Positions 16,168-20,775 of a DNA stretch of 20,775 bases are shown here, one piece after another. The DNA is taken from NCBI GenBank assembly GCA_037442745.1, contig JBBIPP010000014.1:11528-32302 (forward strand), read 5' to 3'. The notes beneath the pieces are model-generated. The model was given only the letters and a program-made list of their open reading frames with translations, was not told where the DNA came from and did no database searches. Both the position numbers and the translations under genes were made by a program. This DNA comes from an archaeon. GTDB lineage: Archaea > SpSt-1190 > DYHY01. The first letter of the stretch is position 1; every line of letters starts with the position of its first letter.

Positions 16168-17517
16168 CTATAAAGAATGTAGAACATTTATCTTTGTGAA
16201 AAGAGGAAGGTTTCCAGATCTTATTGGGTCAACCGGTTTTTCCCCCGAAAGATAGTCAACAGGACACATCGGGTCATTTTTCCCATATTCCTTGTAATCC
16301 GCAAGAACCCGGGTCGTGCTTCCTCCCCGGCACATGTTCAAAACTTTGCAAGAGTCGCATTCACTAGGAGGGGCTATTTTTTTCCAAAACTCCCTTAATT
16401 TTTCGGATTCGCTCCAGAATTTTTGTATTGAGCCGCCATAGTCAGCGAGATTCCCCAAATCCTCCTTGTTCATGAGGCAGGGAGTGAGGGAGCCGTCCGG
16501 GTTTATTGTTATCAGTTCCTGTCCCCCTATGCAACCCTTCATTCCCGGAAGACCTATCTCAAGGCAACTCACGGCAGGGTTATTCACAGGAAAGACTGTT
16601 ATTTTATGGGCGTATTTCCTGCGGAGGCGGTCTATTTCCTTTAGCATTCCATAATATGCCCCGACAGTTTTGGCATAATGCCCTTCATCGTGATAGACAC
16701 ATCGCTCAGGGTTTCCAAAGTTCACTACATCCATCCCGTTGTCAATCCCTATCATAACAAGCCTCTCCAGATTCTCAAGGGGCTCTTCAATCATTGGAAC
16801 TGGTTTGAGGAAAAGCGGGAGGTCAAGTCCCCTCTTGTCTCGCTCTCTTTTCAGGCGCCTTATGCCGTTAATTGTCTTTCCAAAACTTCCCTTTCCTCGC
16901 GTCCTTGCGTTCGAGGCCTCGTCAGGGCCGTCAAGGCTGAAACTGACATATTGGGGAGGGTTCTCGAGAATTATGTCGCAACACTCGTCGTCGAGGAGGG
17001 TTCCGTTAGTTACCATTGAAAGCGTCAGGCCGAGGTCGTAGGCGGTCTTGAGATAGTTCTCAAGGTCTTCTTTTCTCGCAGTAGGCTCCCCTCCAGCAAG
17101 GTGGTCGCGCATTATCCCGAGGCGCCTCATTTCAGTAAGTATTTTACTGACATCTCCTTTGGGCATTGTCATTTTCCTGGGGGCGTCCCTGTTGTAGCAA
17201 TATCCGCAGGAAAGGTTGCAGAGCCAAGTATAATCGAAATAGGCGTCGAGAGGCGCTGAAAGCGGGGCAGGAAGGGATGGTTCTGGATTTTTCACGACCT
17301 CAACCCCTCCTCCGATTCCTAGAGCTCTCAAGTCTTCGAGAATTCCCGGGGATATTTTGGAAGGAGGCTCTCTTCCTTCGGCAATGGAGTTCAATATGTC
17401 TGAAGCCTCGTTCGCTATCTCCGGTTTTGGAAGGAAATAAGCCTTTTTCTTGTCGCTCCAGACAAGAGGACCGATTGCCTCCTCCCTTACAACAACACCA
17501 TCAGTTTTCCTCGCCAT
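16168..17517 (-). CDS. Radical SAM/SPASM protein with an N-terminal PqqD/RRE-like extension (PqqE/MftC-like)
   Basis: LSAPLDAYFDYTWLCNLSCGYC, AGGEP, VTNGTLL, FSLDG and RGKGSF. SPASM CIGG..ITINPDGSLTPC ... CDSCKVLNMCRGGS ... DPMC. N-terminal VVREEAIGPLVW. Confidence 0.9.
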   Translation of the reverse strand: MARKTDGVVVREEAIGPLVWSDKKKAYFLPKPEIANEASDILNSIAEGREPPSKISPGILEDLRALGIGGGVEVVKNPEPSLPAPLSAPLDAYFDYTWLCNLSCGYCYNRDAPRKMTMPKGDVSKILTEMRRLGIMRDHLAGGEPTARKEDLENYLKTAYDLGLTLSMVTNGTLLDDECCDIILENPPQYVSFSLDGPDEASNARTRGKGSFGKTINGIRRLKRERDKRGLDLPLFLKPVPMIEEPLENLERLVMIGIDNGMDVVNFGNPERCVYHDEGHYAKTVGAYYGMLKEIDRLRRKYAHKITVFPVNNPAVSCLEIGLPGMKGCIGGQELITINPDGSLTPCLMNKEDLGNLADYGGSIQKFWSESEKLREFWKKIAPPSECDSCKVLNMCRGGSTTRVLADYKEYGKNDPMCPVDYLSGEKPVDPIRSGNLPLFTKINVLHSL

Positions 17518-17565
17518 CTTTCAGCCAAATCCCTTTCTTTAAGTTGAAAGGGGGACTTGAAGAAT

Positions 17566-17580
17566 GTTAAATAGTTTTCT
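17566..17580 (-). promoter_or_regulatory. BRE/TATA promoter of the radical SAM operon
   Basis: AGAAAAC TATTTAAC on the minus strand about 48 nt upstream of ATG 17517. Confidence 0.55.
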
Positions 17581-17586
17581 AATTAT

Positions 17587-17606
17587 TTAGCACTATAAAC
17601 TGCTAA
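17587..17606. promoter_or_regulatory. Palindromic operator candidate TTAGCA-N8-TGCTAA
   Basis: Perfect 6 bp inverted arms in AT-rich flanks, 6 nt upstream of the putative BRE. Confidence 0.4.
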
Positions 17607-17885
17607 TATTGAACGCTTCTATACATTGGCAGAAGGAAAACTAAATTTAGAGTGTGGAGAAAGTGCCCCACGCGTCAATTAAATCAAAAGAACATACATT
17701 TGCGCCAGATTTAGATTTCCTTGAGGTTCCTATACGCTTGGAAGATTTAAACTTTTCTTACGCTTGTTACGAGAGTAAGCTCCGTTAAACCCCTGTTCCT
17801 GCGGGAAGGGACGGTAAAGGAGGGACGAAAGATGGGAAAAGTGCGTTCAGTTCCTAGGAATAGTGGAAAGCTGCACTAAAAGCGC

Positions 17886-18272
17886 TCAGTTCAGCTCTCC
17901 TAATTCGCTAACAAAAATTGACTCTTGTCCTTTCACAGTATATACACTCAGATGCTCTTTGCTTCTTGTAATTGCAACATAGAACAGCCTGCGCTCTTTT
18001 TCCAGTGCTTTCTCAACGGAGTTCCTTCTAGCAACTTCCAGATATTTCGGCTCCTCAATCTCGCATGGAAATCCTTATCTTCCCGCATTAACGTTCAATA
18101 CAAACACGTGCTTAGTCTCTTTCCCTTTTAAACTGTGGGCGGTCAAGATGAGTATTAATTTCGTCCTCTCGTGCTCGTCCTCAACAGGTATCCTGCGTTC
18201 CCTGCAAATCTTCTTGAAGGTGGTCAAGTTCTTGTTGAACCTCATAAGAACCATTATGTCGCGAGGGTCTTC
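17886..18272 (-). pseudogene. UvrD/helicase IV-like C-terminal remnant
   Basis: PRDIMVLMRFN ... LTAHSLKGKETKHVFV ... GR*GFP ... ERRLFYVAITRSKEHL ... SIFVSEL contains SF1 motifs V and VI. Internal TAA at 18075-18077. Confidence 0.85.
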
Positions 18273-18932
18273 CTTCTTGTCGAAGAATATGACGTTAGCC
18301 TTGACTCGGGCGTAGAAGATTCCCGTCGGGAGCCTGAGAATCGTATGGACGTCGCAGGTGTCGAGGAGCTTCTTCCTTATCACCTCTCCCGCGCCCCCCT
18401 CGAAGAGGACGTTATCCGGCACCACTACCGCGGCTTTTCCGCCTATCTTTAGGACGGAGTGGACGTGCTGGAGGAAGTTGAGCTGCTTGTTCGAGGTCGT
18501 AGCCCAGAAGTCGTCCCTGGTGTACGAGTCGGCCTCCTTCGAGAGGTTGCCGTCCCCGGAGTCTATTGTGAAGCTGCTCTTCTTGCCGAAGGGGGGATTG
18601 GTGAGAACGAAGTCGAACCTCTCGCTCGGTAGCGACCTTAGGCTGTCCGTACTCCTTATCGGGCACTTGGTCTCGCCGCCTATCCCGTGCAGGAAGAGGT
18701 TCATCGCGCAGAGGCGCACCACTTCCCCTACGATGTCGTTCCCGTTGAGGGTCTTTAGCTTTAGGAACTCCTTCTGCTTCTTGTCGAGCTTGCAGTTCTG
18801 GGAGATGTAGTTGTGGGCACGTATCAGGAAGCCGCCGGTACCGCAGGCAGGGTCGTGTATCGTCTGTCCTAGCTCCGGTTTGGTTACTTCCACCATCGCC
18901 TTGATGAGCGGCCTCGGGAAGTACTGCCCCGC
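18273..18932 (-). pseudogene. hsdM: Type I N6-adenine methyltransferase (HsdM) internal fragment
   Basis: AGQYF-PRPLI (the conserved T is missing), DPACGTGGFL, TNPPFG, SNKQLNFLQH, VVPDNVLFEGG and LRLPTGIFY. Both ends are missing, and the segment is visibly GC-richer than its flanks. Confidence 0.92.
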
Positions 18933-18985
18933 CCTCGACAAGCAGCGCCTCGGGGAACTTATCGACATCATAGTGAGTATTGGCG
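18927..18985 (+). pseudogene. hsdM: Short remnant of a second, oppositely oriented hsdM
   Basis: The plus strand reads PALDKQRLGELIDII, which I recognise as the RPALDKQRLGELIDLI segment of the HsdM N-terminal domain in another type I subfamily. Confidence 0.55.
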
Positions 18986-19028
18986 ATATCGCTGGCTCCT
19001 TCATCGCAGTTATAACGGGGGAACGGCA

Positions 19029-19594
19029 ATGAGAAGTAAAGCGGAGTTAGTTTCAGATTACCGAATTTTGATAAGGAATTGGCACAACAAGCCTCTCTCT
19101 GCGGGCGATATTTTCTCAAATTTTGTCTTTGAATATCTGGCGTTTATTGCTACGTTGCGAACTCAAATATTTTCAGAAGAAGGACTAACCGACCGAAACA
19201 TAATTCAGCAACTCAAAAGAAGGAAAGCCACAAAGGACAAGTATATTGAGTTAATATCCACGGACATAGAATTGAACGCCGTATGGAAGGAGATAAAGAA
19301 CGAACTCGATGAATATCCGCTCGGTCATAGCCCCAGGAGCCCTTACAAGGTCGAATTATCCCAGTATTGGAGAAATTCAAGCGACAAGAAGAAAAAAGTG
19401 CCAAGTATAGATGACGGAACGCTGAAAGGTCTCGACACTGGGAAAATATGGTTGAATTTCTATACATAATAAGGAACAACCTTTTCCACGGATTGAAAGA
19501 CCCTGAACGCAAACGGGACTTGTTGTTAGTGAGATGTGGCTGCCAGGCGCTGCAACCGCTTGTTGAAACATTGATGGAGGAAGTAGGAATTTGA
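19029..19594 (+). pseudogene. HEPN-domain protein, frameshifted near 19437
   Basis: ORF 19029-19469 continues in a shifted frame as WENMVEFLYIIRNNLFHGLKDPERKRD...EEVGI*, which carries the R-x4-H HEPN motif. The stop at 19592-19594 overlaps the hsdS start. Confidence 0.78.
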
Positions 19595-20684
19595 ACGGGA
19601 AGATACCTTCAAACTGGACTACACAGAAATTGAGTGAAGTTTGCTGTTTGAAAACGAGTTGGTATCGCCAGCAGATTCCGTTGGCAGACAATATGTTGGT
19701 TTAGAGCGCATAGGACAAGGAACCCTTACTTTACTGGGTATTGGGAAAAGCGAAGAGGTCACCAGCACAAAGCGAGTTTTCTCAAAGGGCGATATCCTGT
19801 TCGGGAAACTGCGTCCATATTTCCGAAAGGTCATCTTGACTGATTTTGACGTAATCTGTTCAACAGACATCTTCGTAATTAAGCCCAAGGAAGGAGTATA
19901 CAATAAATGGTTGTTTTACCTTCTTGCCTCTGATGAAATCGTAAATCCTGTAAGCAAAGCGACCGAATGAACACGGATGCCAAGAGCAGATTGGGGCTTT
20001 ATGGGCAATATTGAGGTAAAGGTTCCTGCCTTTTCCGAACAGCAGCGCATTGGAGACACTCTATCGGCTTTGGACAAAAAAATAGCAACCAACCACCAAG
20101 AAAGTGTAGCATTGGAACAGATTGCTCAAACGTTCTTTAAGCGGTGGTTCGTTGATTTTGAGTTCCCAAACGAAAAAGAAAGACCCTATAAGTCAAGCGG
20201 GGGGAATTAGTTTGGAACGAAGAATTGCAACGGGAGATACCTAACGGATGGAAACCTTGCCCTCTTTTAGAGACTGGGTAATTCCTTAACGGTCTTGCCT
20301 TACAGAAATATCCGCCCAAAGGGGAAACCTACTTGCCTGTAATCAAAATAGCCGAGTTACGGGACGAATCAACAACTGAGTCTGACCGAGCGAGCCCGAA
20401 CATCCCGAGAGAATACATTGTTGATAAGGGAGACCTCATATTCTCTTGGTCAGGACGCCTTGAAGTAATGTTCTGGGGAGGGAGCAAAGGCGCTCTCAAT
20501 CAGCATTTGTTCAAAGTAACTTCTGACAAATACGAGAACTGGTTTCTATACTACTGGATTAAACATCATATCAGGTCATTCAGAGGGGTAGCAAAGGACA
20601 AAGCAACCACGATGGGACACATAAAGAGAGGACACATGGATGAAGCAAAGATTTTGATTCCCGAGGGTTCCCTACTTGGACGTA
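19591..20684 (+). pseudogene. hsdS: Type I restriction-modification specificity subunit pseudogene, truncated by IS copy 3
   Basis: IPSNW..KLSEV, YVGLE, GDILFGKLRPYFRKV, CSTDI, TE*TRMPRADW, EQQRI..L.ALDKKI, FKRWFVDFEFP, EIPNGW, GDLIFSWSG, LNQHLFKV and TTMGHIKR. Frameshifts at about 19648 and 20200, stops at 19968 and 20279. Confidence 0.93.
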
Positions 20685-20775
20685 GGGACTGTTGAAACCC
20701 TCCTAGAAAATGACTGAAAGGCATATCCGGCCAGAGCCCGGGATATTTGTTCATTTTGTGACAAACAAACCTTTG
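20685..20775 (+). mobile_element. IS5-family derivative, copy 3 (left end only, runs off the window)
   Basis: GGGACTGTTGAAACCCTCCTAGAAAATGACTGAAAGGCATATCCGGCC is identical to the start of copy 2. Confidence 0.9.

Noticed and set aside
16168-17517. Calling the operon mycofactocin, PQQ or viperin
   Set aside because: No mftA/pqqA precursor or partner genes are present, and viperins lack SPASM and RRE-like domains.
17587-17606. CIRCE heat-shock element
   Set aside because: The arms resemble TTAGCACTC-N9-GAGTGCTAA, but the element is 20 bp rather than 27 bp and the right arm lacks GAG.
1116-19119. Numerous antisense and alternate-frame ORFs (e.g. 1116-1787, 2036-2656, 14381-14833, 18412-19119)
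   Set aside because: They are shadows of well-supported genes, with no motifs and atypical composition.
10079-19970. TGA recoding (Trp/Gly), suggested by in-frame TGA at 10079, 11931 and 19968
   Set aside because: Intact genes end in TGA (3341, 7697, 9128, 14708), and the same broken genes also carry TAA stops, frameshifts and damaged motifs. This is ordinary pseudogenisation.
20199-20204. G6 tract in hsdS as a phase-variation switch
   Set aside because: The tract is short, and the gene has two other stops, another frameshift and an IS truncation, so slippage could not restore it.

Overview
AT-moderate archaeal DNA, probably from a small-genome DPANN-type archaeon. This is inferred from BRE/TATA boxes about 23-26 nt upstream of apparently leaderless starts, a GGTGA Shine-Dalgarno site, an archaeal GPT/AglH and Cys-rich surface repeat proteins. 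Bases 1-4550 are ordinary housekeeping DNA: a membrane protein, a HypA-like protein, asnB, an aglH-like GT4, a nitroreductase and two small ORFs. From 4559 onward the window is an accessory island punctuated by three same-orientation copies of a short non-autonomous IS5-family derivative (16-17 bp TIRs; 4559-5018, 9169-9748, 20685-end). Segment 1 carries a truncated radical SAM tail and two intact, coupled secreted proteins. Segment 2 is a decayed defence island: pseudogenes of type I hsdR, two different hsdM fragments, hsdS, a HEPN protein, a UvrD tail and a broken Cys-repeat gene. In its middle sits an intact three-gene operon (RRE-like/SPASM radical SAM, cobalamin-binding radical SAM, histidine-phosphatase/APH-kinase fusion) with its own promoter and a palindromic operator candidate. 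That operon is the best candidate for an undescribed biosynthetic or chemical-defence system.
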